A stretch of DNA of 64,000 bases, from positions 32,001 through 96,000 of IMG/VR virus record IMGVR_UViG_3300033066_001295; one strand, 5' to 3'. Below are positions 28,669 through 39,477 of this stretch, one piece after another. Each line of letters opens with the position of its first letter. Within the stretch, counting starts at the first letter, position 1. Both the position numbers and the translations under genes were made by a program. Source of the DNA: a virus (lineage: Duplodnaviria; Caudoviricetes). The notes beneath the pieces are model-generated. The model had not been told where the DNA came from. It saw nothing but the letters and a program-made list of their open reading frames with translations, and did not search any database.

Positions 28669-29486
28669 ACCTAACAGAAACACCAGATACAATTAGGTTT
28701 AGCAAGCTCGTGTCACTGAGCTTTGATAACCCGGCAGCAACCACCTTTGTCGTTTTACCCGGAGGATGTGTCCTTGCCTCAAAACGTCCACACCAGTTCA
28801 TTTATAATGCTCTACGTATCTGCACAGGTGAGAGGCCTTACCTTGGCCAGACAGTAAAGAGGTCTGGGAAAGAAGCACTGAAGGTGCTAAAGGACTATGA
28901 GTCATGGGTAGCACCGGGATTGCCTTTATCAGAAGAGGCCATTGATGGTGTAATTGAGGCTCAAAAGAATTACAAAGGTAACCAGCAAGCAGGAGACTTC
29001 TGGAGGTCTGTTCTTGTTGTTGGACGCTTGTGGAAAAATGTGAAGATACCTGAGATCGGTGTAGTATCAGCCATGTCATTTTGGCTTTCGTCTGAAAAGC
29101 TCACCAACTCTGTCATTAGTGCCCTATCCAATGCCTTTAAGGTGACTGGACCACTCTATGTGGAAACACTGGACTCATCGAAGCCTGATCTGTATAACGC
29201 TCCATCAGACACCTTCTTGCCAGCCGAGAAGAGGCCAGTCTCTAGCTCAATAGCACCTCATCTGAGTAAGGAGGAGATATTTGACATTGTTGCTAGAGCA
29301 CATAATGCTCCTTGGACTCTGAACGCTCTGGAAAGAGAAGTTGCCGCCGAATGGTACGGTAAAGGCCTTCCAGTTCCGGGGACAGATGGTGGTTACAGCA
29401 CTAGGGCTGAGTTGAACTTCAGGAAAACCATTGGTGACTCAGTGATCAAGACCAGATTTCTTGATCTTTTTGAGAAGCACCCTTGA
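28665..29486 (+). CDS. Putative head-packaged protein with C-terminal FLDLFE tag
   Basis: Starts MNLTE-T and ends RFLDLFEKHP; resembles 53307-54137. Confidence 0.65.
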   Translation: MNLTETPDTIRFSKLVSLSFDNPAATTFVVLPGGCVLASKRPHQFIYNALRICTGERPYLGQTVKRSGKEALKVLKDYESWVAPGLPLSEEAIDGVIEAQKNYKGNQQAGDFWRSVLVVGRLWKNVKIPEIGVVSAMSFWLSSEKLTNSVISALSNAFKVTGPLYVETLDSSKPDLYNAPSDTFLPAEKRPVSSSIAPHLSKEEIFDIVARAHNAPWTLNALEREVAAEWYGKGLPVPGTDGGYSTRAELNFRKTIGDSVIKTRFLDLFEKHP

Positions 29487-29531
29487 TACAGTTTGCGTCT
29501 TCTCGGTTCTCGGTATGTACTTCATGGAGAC

Positions 29532-29969
29532 ATGGAGTTCAAACTGGTCGAGTCTAAAAAGCCCCATCTTTGCAAGGTAAAGTTCTGCCGCAATCGTCAT
29601 GCTAAAGGTAGAATTCTATGCTGGAAGCACGCAATGCAGCGGTGGAGGGCTAATAACCCGAAGAAGTGTGTGTATTACAACATCAAGGACAGGGCCAGAA
29701 AGAGGGATGTTGAGTTTACACTAACCTTGGCTGAGTTTCTTCAGTTCTGTGATGACACAGGCTATCTTAGTGTAAAAGGTATGCATGTGGACCGGATAGA
29801 CGCCACCGAAGGCTACCATCTCTGGAACATTCAGGCCTTGATAGGCTCGGAAAACATCGCCAAGGGTAACAGGGAAAGACATTCACCAAGGTATCAGGAG
29901 TACCTTCGCAAGAAGAGGGAGAAAGAGCTTCAGGAGAGTGGTCTAACTGAAGAAGACTGCCCTTTTTGA
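29532..29969 (+). CDS. HNH-superfamily endonuclease-like protein
   Basis: N-terminal Cys cluster; RAR..FTLT; HVDRIDATEGY...NIQ...EN..K. Confidence 0.65.
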   Translation: MEFKLVESKKPHLCKVKFCRNRHAKGRILCWKHAMQRWRANNPKKCVYYNIKDRARKRDVEFTLTLAEFLQFCDDTGYLSVKGMHVDRIDATEGYHLWNIQALIGSENIAKGNRERHSPRYQEYLRKKREKELQESGLTEEDCPF

Positions 29970-30068
29970 ATTATTTCTTGACACACTTTTCAGTTTGTGT
30001 CAAACTTTCGTCGGACGCCTGCTGTGCGTCGGGTAGTTAGAAACGGCTACTGAAACAGCGAAGACAAA

Positions 30069-31040
30069 GTGAATAAAAAATACAAAGAAAAGCTGGAGGC
30101 AGCTAAAAGCCTCATTGTGGACTATGTCCGGGTTGTTGATCCAAATGCCGATGCGGCACCTATTATCCCAACCTTTCTCAGTGGTGAAGACGCACCTAAC
30201 ATCACTACAAACACTGAACTAAAAGCGGAAGCTTTTGAGTACAGGGTCAAGGAAAGTGGTGCTATAACAGAAGAAGGTCTAGCACTTCTGTCACATGAAG
30301 ACATCGGTGACATTCTTGTCAAAGCTCAGGTATCAGTTGATGCCGTTCCAAAGGTCCTAGCCAAGCAGGTTGCCGGGGTATTCAGGAGTAGTGAAAGCAA
30401 GTCAGGGTGTAAGTCAGGGTATGTCTCGTCACGAAAAGCCGAGGCCATGACACTTCGTGAGCTACTTGAAGCTTATGATCCTCTGGACCCGGATAACTCA
30501 GTTGGATCGCGGCTTAAAAGCCTGTCAGGTGGCAAGCCATTCCTTGTTTTCAACTATGACGCCAAGAGCCTGAATGTTGATGACAGCTTGTTCCTTCTGG
30601 AGGAGGTTAGGGCTGGCTACAATCCGCGCCAACACTACAATGGTGAGCCGGTTTGTAAGGTTGGCGATGTTGGAGTCCACCTCTGTGTGAATGAGAACCC
30701 ACTTTTTCCGGGCAGGCCACTTCGTAGTGACGGCACTTGTGACATGACAAATCGTTCATGGAAGGGTGTCTCTCTTGAAACTGAGCAACTAGCTAGCCTG
30801 ATTGACTTGAGTAGTGAAAGCTCCAGAAAAGCAGGAGTTACAGCCAACACCATTCTCGACATTGTAGAAGTAGCTGGAGCTAAAGATGGGTTCAAACGCC
30901 TTGGGGATCGTTTCCCAGAAGCTCTTGTCAAGTTTAACACTCTCAAGAGGGAGGGCAAGCTACCAAGCCTTCAGGTATATCTCAACCCACTAACCAAAAA
31001 ACCAACTAGTCTGTTCTCAGGAGGAAAAAAAGTATCATGA
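30069..31040 (+). CDS. Hypothetical protein
   Basis: 323-aa ORF coupled to the vWA gene. Confidence 0.7.
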   Translation: MNKKYKEKLEAAKSLIVDYVRVVDPNADAAPIIPTFLSGEDAPNITTNTELKAEAFEYRVKESGAITEEGLALLSHEDIGDILVKAQVSVDAVPKVLAKQVAGVFRSSESKSGCKSGYVSSRKAEAMTLRELLEAYDPLDPDNSVGSRLKSLSGGKPFLVFNYDAKSLNVDDSLFLLEEVRAGYNPRQHYNGEPVCKVGDVGVHLCVNENPLFPGRPLRSDGTCDMTNRSWKGVSLETEQLASLIDLSSESSRKAGVTANTILDIVEVAGAKDGFKRLGDRFPEALVKFNTLKREGKLPSLQVYLNPLTKKPTSLFSGGKKVS

Positions 31041-31750
31041 TCACAAAATCAATCACCATTCTCGACAAATCAGGCTCGATGGGGTCAGCACGTGCTGGCA
31101 CCATCAAAGGCCTCAATGAACTTATCCAGCAGATCAAGCTGGATTCAAAGGAGGGGAAGGAAATCAAAGCCAGCCTTATAACATTCAATGGCAGTGTCTT
31201 TGAAAACTTCTGGAATATCAGTGCTGACGAGCTTCATGAGATCACTGAAGAAGACTACGTTCCAGAAGGTGGTACGGCCATGAATGATGCAATTGGCTAT
31301 GTCTGTCAGAAGCTTCTTGATGAAAAAGCTGAAGATGCGCCAAACACGAGGTATGAGATAAGTGTAATCACTGATGGTGACACCAACTGTGACAGAAAGT
31401 ACTCCTTTGAGACCATCAAGGAGTTCATTGAGTCTGGCAGGGCGGCTGGGAATTTCACGATTTCTTGGATTGGATGCTCTGAAAGCCATGCTCTGCGTAT
31501 GGCTAAAGCTTACGCTGTCCCTGTCGGTAGCATGGCAAGCTACACCACTGGAAGTAATGTTGGTGCTGAGGCTGCTTTCAGAGGTCTGAAGGAAAGACGT
31601 TCTGCCTTCTACAGCAGTGATCTAGCTGCTACGTGCTGCATGATGAGTGCAGGTGACACGGTAGCCGATTTCACTGTCAAGCCTGAAACTCTAGCGGGCC
31701 TGACAACCACTACTACGGCCTCTTCAGTTGATTTGGTGGAGAAAAAATGA
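31037..31750 (+). CDS. vWA-domain protein
   Basis: LDKSGSM, GGTAMNDAIG, ITDG. Confidence 0.88.
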   Translation: MITKSITILDKSGSMGSARAGTIKGLNELIQQIKLDSKEGKEIKASLITFNGSVFENFWNISADELHEITEEDYVPEGGTAMNDAIGYVCQKLLDEKAEDAPNTRYEISVITDGDTNCDRKYSFETIKEFIESGRAAGNFTISWIGCSESHALRMAKAYAVPVGSMASYTTGSNVGAEAAFRGLKERRSAFYSSDLAATCCMMSAGDTVADFTVKPETLAGLTTTTTASSVDLVEKK

Positions 31751-31771
31751 GCAAAAAATGATATTTCCTAT

Positions 31772-31799
31772 TTGACGAGTGACTGACTTTCGATATAGT
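31772..31799 (+). promoter_or_regulatory. Early promoter TTGACG-N16-TATAGT with CTGACTTT spacer
   Basis: ttgacg agtgactgactttcga tatagt. Confidence 0.75.
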
Positions 31800-31828
31800 G
31801 AGAACTGTGAAAGTAATCTCTCGTTGAT

Positions 31829-32137
31829 ATGAAGCACATCATCAAGCACATCCATGACGCCTCCCACGTCGCAATCCGCCCCATCACCATCGTTGTGGAT
31901 CATTTCCACAACGCAAACATCGGAAAGATCGTCCACTCGAAGAAGGCATCTAAAGTCACCATCGGAATCGTCATCATGCTTGTTGGTTCAGGCATGGCTG
32001 CTCACCCAGTAGCTTTCATTCCACACGTCATCTGGGACGCTATCGCCTATGGTCTCCATGGGTATGGTGCTCTGCCGATTGTGAAGATCGGCTGCAAGTT
32101 CTTCAACCTTGAAGAACTTGACGACGACGAAACCTGA
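31829..32137 (+). CDS. His-rich small membrane protein
   Basis: His-rich N-terminus, hydrophobic hairpin, own promoter and terminator. Confidence 0.65.
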   Translation: MKHIIKHIHDASHVAIRPITIVVDHFHNANIGKIVHSKKASKVTIGIVIMLVGSGMAAHPVAFIPHVIWDAIAYGLHGYGALPIVKIGCKFFNLEELDDDET

Positions 32138-32155
32138 CAGCTACATAACACCTCA

Positions 32156-32186
32156 AGGCTGGCGGAGAAATCCGCCAGCTTTTTTG
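32156..32186 (+). terminator. Intrinsic terminator between convergent genes
   Basis: ggctggcgga-gaaa-tccgccagct followed by a T run. Confidence 0.85.
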
Positions 32187-33119
32187 TTATACAGCTTTAG
32201 GCTGAACAGGCTCACCCTTGGGCTTTGGTGGAGAAGGGGCAGCAAATACCTCCCGCAGCTTTCGCCCTTCGGATGACTTTTCTGGAGTCGCCCAGTCCGG
32301 CATTTTGAACGGTCGTTGAGGGCTACTTGTTCTGAATGGCCTGAAAGCTTCGGATACTGATTTCATATTTTTGCTGTTATCACTCTGACCGGATTCTTGT
32401 TCAAGCTCAATTTCGATCTGACCCTTAGACTTTGGAGAGGCAAGGGCAGTTGTGTCGTGCATGTCCTTGAACTGCTCCCAAAGGGAACGTCCCATAGTTT
32501 CAGCCTCCTCACGACTGTTAACTGCTTCGGACTTCAGTGTCTGGTAGCGGTTATAGAACTCGCCCCTGCCATCTGGTTTGACCACCCGCTCAACACGATA
32601 GACGTTGATATAGGCTGGAAAACTCACCTGAGAATTGGTAAACACCATTTCGCTGTCAGCATCACCCATGTAGGCCGTGACATCTGAGTCATAGTAGTTC
32701 TCATTCAGGAAGTAGGCTACTGCTGACTCCACAGAGTCACCCATGGTGCCTTTTCTTTGGTCCATGCCACAGTTGCGGCACCGACCATAAAGAGTGCCGC
32801 CTAACCTGCCAAGAGAATACACAGGACCACCACAGCCACCGCACTCCCAATCAAGGTCGTTGTCATCATCACTATAATCAAGACGTGATCGTTGCGCGTC
32901 GTCAGCTTTATTGTGTGGGGGAGGCTCTGGTGGGGCATAAATAGTGCCAAGGTCACCACCCCATTCACCGACGCCTTTACCATCTGCACCAAAGGCATTG
33001 GCAATGTCTCTGTCGCCCTCAAATCTGACAGCACCAGCCTGTAGGCAAGCCCTGCGCCAAGCACCATAAGTCTGGTACTCACGCTCCCCAAGATGATTCA
33101 AACCCTCTTTAAGCTTCAT
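32187..33119 (-). CDS. Putative multi-segment internal head protein with Zn ribbon
   Basis: TAGTTA 5 nt upstream; MKLKE-G start; CGGC...CRNC; VES, LNE and VSE sites. Confidence 0.6.
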   Translation of the reverse strand: MKLKEGLNHLGEREYQTYGAWRRACLQAGAVRFEGDRDIANAFGADGKGVGEWGGDLGTIYAPPEPPPHNKADDAQRSRLDYSDDDNDLDWECGGCGGPVYSLGRLGGTLYGRCRNCGMDQRKGTMGDSVESAVAYFLNENYYDSDVTAYMGDADSEMVFTNSQVSFPAYINVYRVERVVKPDGRGEFYNRYQTLKSEAVNSREEAETMGRSLWEQFKDMHDTTALASPKSKGQIEIELEQESGQSDNSKNMKSVSEAFRPFRTSSPQRPFKMPDWATPEKSSEGRKLREVFAAPSPPKPKGEPVQPKAV

Positions 33120-33127
33120 GGTAATAA

Positions 33128-33430
33128 CTACTTTTCGATTGGATAGTTCGCTTTCAGTTCTTTGACGTGTAGATACCTCTGGCCGTACCACACGTGACCG
33201 TTTGCGTCTTCAAAAGCGGTCCACTTGAACAAGATGGGGGAACCGTCTGGTGAAAGCTCAGGTGTTTTGAACTTGCCATTTTCCCTGTCGGCAATCGACC
33301 GGATGGCAAACTTAACCTCCTCCTTTTGAGGTTTTTCCACCTCGACTACTTTAGGTTTTGAGGCAAAGGAGCACGACATGAGAAGTACTCCGACAACTGT
33401 TAGTGCTATACCGAGAATGAACATTTTCAT
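33128..33430 (-). CDS. Putative lipoprotein
   Basis: Hydrophobic signal ending LLMSC. Confidence 0.55.
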   Translation of the reverse strand: MKMFILGIALTVVGVLLMSCSFASKPKVVEVEKPQKEEVKFAIRSIADRENGKFKTPELSPDGSPILFKWTAFEDANGHVWYGQRYLHVKELKANYPIEK

Positions 33431-35502
33431 TAGTATGGTGTTCCGCTTATGTGACTTACGACCGCTGTTATAGTAGGTGCCCCAACAGTGCTAACGACAA
33501 ATAGATGGGACCCCGAAATAGAGCCTTCACTTCCACTATTTGGGTCGAGACTTAGTGCTGTTGTAACACTTGAGTGCCTGCCAGAAAATGAAGCTGCTAT
33601 ACCAGATGTGCCATTGCCATTAGGGCCAGAGCCTCCAGCACCTGAGTTACCATAAATGTAAACTGCGTCTGAGTGGATAAGATCAACAAGACCACCATGG
33701 CCACCGTTGCCACCAGTCGAGTTCATATCACCACTGCTTCCGCCCGTACCACCATTCACACTAATAGAGCTAGTTACACTTGACCTGATTAGGCGTACAG
33801 TCCCCCCATTGCCTGCTGCTGAACCGGTAACTTCAGAATAGCCACCTGAACCACCGTTGCTATTAATTGTTGCAACAATGCAGTTGGTGAGTGTTATATT
33901 ACCAGCGTTACCACCCGTACCTGAATTGTTATTGCCATCTGAAGCTCCGCCATTACCCGCATTACCCCGAATTGTGGCAGCGTACACTCCGTACAGGTAG
34001 ATAGCTCCAGAAGAGCTACCACTACCGGCACCGGTGTCTGCTGTTGAGGCATCTACACCTATAATTGAAATGTTAACTGAAAACACCCCAATATCACGCA
34101 CTATTATGTCACCTTGAGCTACACTTAGTATGACTGAAATTGTTGTTCTTGATGCACCTTGGCCAAGAATAGAGATGTCTATTGACCCATTGGAGAGTTG
34201 AATTCCAGAAAAGGTTCCATAACCAAGATAAAACATCCTAGCACCATCATCAAATGCTGCCTGCATTGTAGCATATGGTTTGGCAGGGTTGCCTATGGCC
34301 GCTGTGCTATCATTTCCATCAGACTCAACCCAAGCTGAATAGTTTATCCCGATTGGGGTATTGCTGTAGTCTATCAAACCCCATACGCCTCCAGCACTGC
34401 TCACCAACATCTTATTGGCAGCAGAAGGAAGACCGGGAAGGGCTAGTGCTGTGAGAGCCTTGTTACTCTCTTTAATGGTAGAGTGTATTCTGGAAGGTGT
34501 ATCACCTTCAAAAGACAAGGTAACATCCACAGTAGCAGGACCAGAAACTCTGGCTGTGTAAACTTTGACCAGAAGTCTGTCAGTTAGTGCCAAAAAATGT
34601 GAGTCTGTGTCTGTTGAAGACCACGTAAGTGGTGTAAGTGAGGTATAAGAGAAATCTTGTGAAGTGTAAGTGTTGAGCAGTGTCTCTGTTGCATTAAGTG
34701 CTCTTTTGTAAAGCTCAACTTTTATTTTAGCTACAGGATTACTTCTATCATTACCTGTAGTAGCATAAATAACCAAATCACACATACCACTAGGTATGAC
34801 CTGAACTTGTGGCTCGTCTGTATTTGTGATAAATGCGGCAGCGAGGTTAAAGTCAGTTCCTGTATTGCTCTGGGTAACACCAGATTGTACATTAGTGCTC
34901 GGGTTTGGTAGCAGAGTACCGTAGCCACCAACATCTGCTTCGTCTGTCAGGTCAAAATAAAAAGCTCTACCGCCACTCCCTATGATGTTTGTAGCCGCAC
35001 TAGACTGACGTATAGTCTGAGGACTCCAGCTTCTCACTTCCGTGACCACACCACTTACAGCCTCATAGCTAGTTGCAGGTGTCTGAGTGTTCTCTTTTGC
35101 ATTTAGCGCAAGTTGGGTGGCACTTGAGACAGGTTTATTAGCGTCTGAGGTGTTATCAACATTTCCAAGTCCAACTTGAGTCTTGGTAACTGAATGTGGG
35201 TTTGAAGTATTTCCTGTATGTGACGACAGGCTTGATGTGCTTGCCTTTAGATCAAGAGCACTCTGAGTAGCACTTGAAATTGGTTTGTTAGCATCTGAAG
35301 TATTATCAACATTTCCAAGTCCAATATCAGACTTACTGGCCATCTGCACAAGTTGTGCCGGTGTGGCTGATAGTGAGTCTGTAGGGGCAGCACCAAGTGT
35401 GGCTGGACCTACGTCAACCATGAGACGCTTGATCAAAGCGGCATCAGCAATCTGATCCGAAGTGATTGCTGTCATCTTGAATGGGTGAATGGGGTCTGGC
35501 AT
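33430..35502 (-). CDS. Tail fibre / receptor-binding-like protein
   Basis: Two GLGNVDNTSDANKP repeats, GNDSTA..GNPAKPYAT motif, Gly-rich beta-helix-like C-terminus. Confidence 0.8.
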   Translation of the reverse strand: MPDPIHPFKMTAITSDQIADAALIKRLMVDVGPATLGAAPTDSLSATPAQLVQMASKSDIGLGNVDNTSDANKPISSATQSALDLKASTSSLSSHTGNTSNPHSVTKTQVGLGNVDNTSDANKPVSSATQLALNAKENTQTPATSYEAVSGVVTEVRSWSPQTIRQSSAATNIIGSGGRAFYFDLTDEADVGGYGTLLPNPSTNVQSGVTQSNTGTDFNLAAAFITNTDEPQVQVIPSGMCDLVIYATTGNDRSNPVAKIKVELYKRALNATETLLNTYTSQDFSYTSLTPLTWSSTDTDSHFLALTDRLLVKVYTARVSGPATVDVTLSFEGDTPSRIHSTIKESNKALTALALPGLPSAANKMLVSSAGGVWGLIDYSNTPIGINYSAWVESDGNDSTAAIGNPAKPYATMQAAFDDGARMFYLGYGTFSGIQLSNGSIDISILGQGASRTTISVILSVAQGDIIVRDIGVFSVNISIIGVDASTADTGAGSGSSSGAIYLYGVYAATIRGNAGNGGASDGNNNSGTGGNAGNITLTNCIVATINSNGGSGGYSEVTGSAAGNGGTVRLIRSSVTSSISVNGGTGGSSGDMNSTGGNGGHGGLVDLIHSDAVYIYGNSGAGGSGPNGNGTSGIAASFSGRHSSVTTALSLDPNSGSEGSISGSHLFVVSTVGAPTITAVVSHISGTPY

Positions 35503-35503
35503 G

Positions 35504-35731
35504 TTAAGAAACTTGTGAAACGTGTGTCTGAGCTAAACGAGTTTTTGGACTCGACTGAAAAGCAACCTCAGATACAATAAAGGGGACAGTTGCTTTTATT
35601 TTTGATATAACACTTGAAGAAGATGGAAGACTTGGGAAAACAACATCACCCGCATAGACAACATAAGCCTCATTGTAGGCAATCACGTTGGCCCCACTGG
35701 CAGTGATAACGGATGTAAGTGGTGCGGCCAT
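35504..35731 (-). CDS. Small tail-associated protein
   Basis: Coupled between the adaptor and fibre genes. Confidence 0.55.
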   Translation of the reverse strand: MAAPLTSVITASGANVIAYNEAYVVYAGDVVFPSLPSSSSVISKIKATVPFIVSEVAFQSSPKTRLAQTHVSQVS

Positions 35732-36084
35732 TAGGAATCAAAGACGGCTCCAATAATGTCAATTTGAACATTGCTGGTTCTGTAATAGTGACCTTCAAGA
35801 GCAGCCTCAACTTGAGCATAAGCTCTCAGTTTTCTGTCTATACTGACATCAGAGGTGTAGTTGCCATTGACAATCACGGCAATTTTCCCATTGGCAGCAT
35901 CTGTGAGGTCGAAAGAGGATGAGCTTACGCTACTGGTCAGACTGACAAGGGCAAGGGCGTCACTATCTGAAATATCACGTTTTACCATGACACGGGCGGT
36001 GCATCCCGTGAGGTCAATGGCACTATTTGAACGGTTGGTGAATGTAGCGGAGATCGAAAAATCCGCCCCTTGCATGACTTCCAT
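35731..36084 (-). CDS. Baseplate/fibre adaptor (BppU-like Ig fold)
   Basis: QGADF, IDLTGCTAR..VK, DAANGKI; TAATTA 5 nt upstream. Confidence 0.65.
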   Translation of the reverse strand: MEVMQGADFSISATFTNRSNSAIDLTGCTARVMVKRDISDSDALALVSLTSSVSSSSFDLTDAANGKIAVIVNGNYTSDVSIDRKLRAYAQVEAALEGHYYRTSNVQIDIIGAVFDS

Positions 36085-36129
36085 GTGAATAATTACAACA
36101 TGGGCAAAAAGAAATTGTTCTCCCATCGT

Positions 36130-36157
36130 TTGACAAATGTCTCAATGCTGATATTGT
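36130..36157 (+). promoter_or_regulatory. Early promoter TTGACA-N16-TATTGT
   Basis: Heads the plus-strand small-gene array. Confidence 0.65.
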
Positions 36158-36167
36158 TAGGGTTATT

Positions 36168-36737
36168 ATGAGCACACGAGGAGCAATCGGATTCCGCATC
36201 GACGGAGAAGACAAAATTTCATACAACCACTCGGACAGCTACCCGGACTGGCTGGGTAAATCGTTCGTCAAACAAGCCAGAAAACTGGCGAAGGTGCCAG
36301 ACCTTGCTGACAAAGTTCGCAAGCTGCAAATGGTGGACCAGAATGACACTCCAACACAGGAGCAACTGGAAAGCCTAAAGAAGGCAGGCATTGTACCAAA
36401 CCTGAACGTCGGTAATCAGTCAGAAAATGACTGGTACTGTCTCTTGAGAGACAATCAGGGTGACCTGATTCAGACGCTCAAAACTGGCATCGCTATTGAC
36501 AGCGGGCCGTTCATCGCTGACTCACTCTTCTGTGAGTATGCCTATATCATCAACCTCGACACCAGAAAAGTTGAGTTTTACAGGGGGTTTCAAGAGGCTA
36601 AACATGACTTTGGGAGGTACGGGCACTTGAAGGAGACGTATCCAAATGGTAGCACCTATTGGGGGTGCAAGCTTGTTGGCGAATTCCCTCTCGACAATAT
36701 TCCACGCAACTGGGCCAAAGTCTTTCCAAAGGAGTAG
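36168..36737 (+). CDS. Conserved phage hypothetical protein (MSTRG...YNHSDSYP..LG family)
   Basis: Recognisable motif pattern incl. CEYAYIINLD. Confidence 0.7.
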   Translation: MSTRGAIGFRIDGEDKISYNHSDSYPDWLGKSFVKQARKLAKVPDLADKVRKLQMVDQNDTPTQEQLESLKKAGIVPNLNVGNQSENDWYCLLRDNQGDLIQTLKTGIAIDSGPFIADSLFCEYAYIINLDTRKVEFYRGFQEAKHDFGRYGHLKETYPNGSTYWGCKLVGEFPLDNIPRNWAKVFPKE

Positions 36738-36740
36738 CAT

Positions 36741-38783
36741 ATGTCAGATCATCCAAATATCAAATCAATCAAGGCTGTCGATAAGGTCAAAGAACTTGTT
36801 CAAAATGACCCTATCAAGGCTTTCAGTGAGGCAATAAGGCTTGTAAAAGAACTGGCGGACTCGGCGGACAAAAGAGCCATGCCAGACGACTTTACCAAGC
36901 TGGTCACCATGGGACCTGCCCTTGCAACTACCGGTTTTGTGTCACAAACTGAAGTTCTGGTTGCGCTCTACCAGCTTGGGATCAGGCATGGTCGCGCTCA
37001 AGCCGCTCCAGCAGGCTGACATGTAAACTTTTCGGCTTTTTCTTTACACATTTCTCAAACATGTAAACAATCCCACTATGTCTAAACCGATCAAGGCAAA
37101 TATCACACTTGAAGCAACCAATGGGGCACCAGCTTTAGCTGCAATGATTGCGAAGCTCCTCGAACAAGCTGGTGCTGAGGTGTCTTTTTCTGACAAGAGA
37201 ATATCAAAATTATCCCATCGAAAGGTGAATCTTCAAGGTTTGAAGGTTAATTTTGGTCGTCTTGTTTGGGCACGTGAAGAAGAAGCCGATAGGTGGTAGT
37301 TATGGGTATGGACACTACACGTGCCGGTGAATTTGAAGGTCATGACAAAGAGTGGTTTGAAGACCATCTTTGCAGGGTTGCTGACGTGTATGTAATAGTG
37401 GAACTGGCTCCCAAGCACTTTAAGCCTGTCAAGATCGACAGAGCTATGGCTCTTGAACTTGTGTCTGGACCCGGTAAAAAGTACGGTTTTGTGTCAACAG
37501 CAGAAGACTATAGGACCTCATTGCTTATTGGGGGAATTGGCATTCACCTTTACCCCATATGATCAAATGTGCTGCCATCAAGAGTGAAAATGGTGCTGTC
37601 TATTCACTCCCCACACCAAACAGGCACAGAGACATTGTCATGCACATGATCATGCGTGGAGCCGGAGCAAGCGGGGAGCAAGGTTTTCTCACAACAGATG
37701 GTTCTTTTCTCACCAGAGAGGAAGCGGCCCATGATGCCTTGAAGAGCGGTCAAATTCAGTCGTTCGATGGCTTGGTTGGTGGTGTTCTTGCTACTGAAGA
37801 CTTGTGGTAGTTGACATGACTAAAAGCCAAGTATAGCTTTAAGCCTATGTCAGAAATACCTCAACCTATCTCAATTGATTCATCACCTGCTCAAGAAGTT
37901 CATGGGGAAGTAGCTCCAGCAGCTAACCCAGAAGGATACGAAACTACACATCAGGTGGCAAAAAGACTTTTGGATGGACCTGATGTCATCATGGTTTTGG
38001 CTGCCCCTGTATTCGATTCACCGGGTGATTGCATCGCCGTGCCACTGGAAGTGAGCTACCATGAAGTGAACGGAGTAGATTGTGCTGTAGTAGCAGCCAA
38101 GTGACTGAAATACCAGACAGGAACGATCCAGCCTTTTGGGACTGGATGGGGGAGGCTCAAAAAGAGCATCATTCAGGTGGTGCTCCTGTCAATCCGTTAA
38201 AGGCAACTTCTTGGATCGTAAAAGCTACCATATGTGGAGTAGCTAGTAATGACGCTGCCGATATACCTAAAATGGCTATAGGTACTCCGAGGTTTAGCAT
38301 ATCAACTAAACCGCAAACACTTTCTGTGGGTGGTCTTAGAGTGTCTGTTCCGACTATCTCAACGTACGAGTTTGAAGGCTATCTGAAAGAGGATGACTTC
38401 AACAAGATAATAAAGGACCCTAAATTTCTCATAAGAAGTGCTGATTGGAAGTTATGTTGGGGCTGTTGACAAGAGGGCTACTTTCGTTATATTGATGGGT
38501 GAGTCGTCCATTCCCAGAAATCATCAAAGGCTTGCCGATACCTCCAGACCCTCTGTCTTCAAGTGATGGAAGGCGTAGAATGGTGCGTGACCCAAGACCT
38601 GAAAGCCCTTGGAAAACATACTTCAGAGACAAGGCTGAGTATGGGGACAGTTTTGAAATACCGTACGCGCAGTTTGTGACAGCACTAAAATATGCCAGAC
38701 AGTACCACTTTTCCCTCAGAAAAATCAAGACAGACAAATTCAAGGGCAGTTGTCGCCTTTGTCATGTGTGGGTAATACACTGA
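36741..38783 (+). other. Array of small early hypothetical ORFs (36741-37019, 37078-37299, 37293-37562, 37559-37810, 37847-38104, 38101-38469, 38499-38783)
   Basis: Tightly packed same-strand ORFs; TTGACA promoters at 37811 and 38466. Confidence 0.6.
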
Positions 38784-38796
38784 AATTAATGAAATT

Positions 38797-39447
38797 ATGC
38801 GTACGTTTGCAATAGGTGATGTTCATGGCGAGGCTGAGATTCTTGAGCGTTTAGTCAACTACGCTCCCATTATAAAAAGCGATTTGCTGGTCACTTTAGG
38901 GGACTACATCGACAGAGGGCCTGATTCTTGTGAAGTAATCAACTACCTGATAAACTATCCGGGAAAGTTGAAAGCTTTGAAAGGCAACCATGAAGAGATG
39001 ATGCTCCTTGCTCGAAGTACACGAGAGGCTTTACCAATCTGGATGGCTAACGGGGGTGGTAAAACACTCGACTCGTACCATGCTGCCTCTTTCAAGGACA
39101 TCCCGGATGATCACTGGAAGTTTCTGGAAGGGTGTAAAGACTACTATGATAGTGGCAGTTTCTTCTGTGTTCATGCTTGGGCTAACCCAGACAAGAGCTT
39201 GGATGATCAAGACTGGAATACAGCCCGGTGGTGTCATTTAGACCACTGGATGAAGCCCAATAATCGGCTCATGGTGTGTGGTCACACGCCACAATTTGAT
39301 GGTCGTCCTTTCTTTGACAAGGAAAGGAACATTGCCTGTATTGACACGGGTGGTTTCAAAACCGGGTGGATCACCTGCCTTGAACCTGAAACTGGTCATT
39401 ACTGGCAGGCCAGCAAGACTGATCTTCGAGAAGGTGATTTGTATTGA
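38797..39447 (+). CDS. Ser/Thr protein phosphatase (lambda-PP/PrpA-like metallophosphoesterase)
   Basis: GDVHG, LGDYIDRGP, KGNHE, CGHTP, IDTG. Confidence 0.92.
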   Translation: MRTFAIGDVHGEAEILERLVNYAPIIKSDLLVTLGDYIDRGPDSCEVINYLINYPGKLKALKGNHEEMMLLARSTREALPIWMANGGGKTLDSYHAASFKDIPDDHWKFLEGCKDYYDSGSFFCVHAWANPDKSLDDQDWNTARWCHLDHWMKPNNRLMVCGHTPQFDGRPFFDKERNIACIDTGGFKTGWITCLEPETGHYWQASKTDLREGDLY

Positions 39448-39471
39448 CAAAACACTGACTTTCGATATAGT
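39444..39471 (+). promoter_or_regulatory. Early promoter TTGACA-N16-TATAGT with CTGACTTT spacer
   Basis: 6 nt before ATG 39478. Confidence 0.8.
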
Positions 39472-39477
39472 TACTGT

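Noticed and set aside
30000-30068. Hammerhead ribozyme
   Set aside because: Multi-stem shape and GAAAC are present, but the CUGANGA core is missing.
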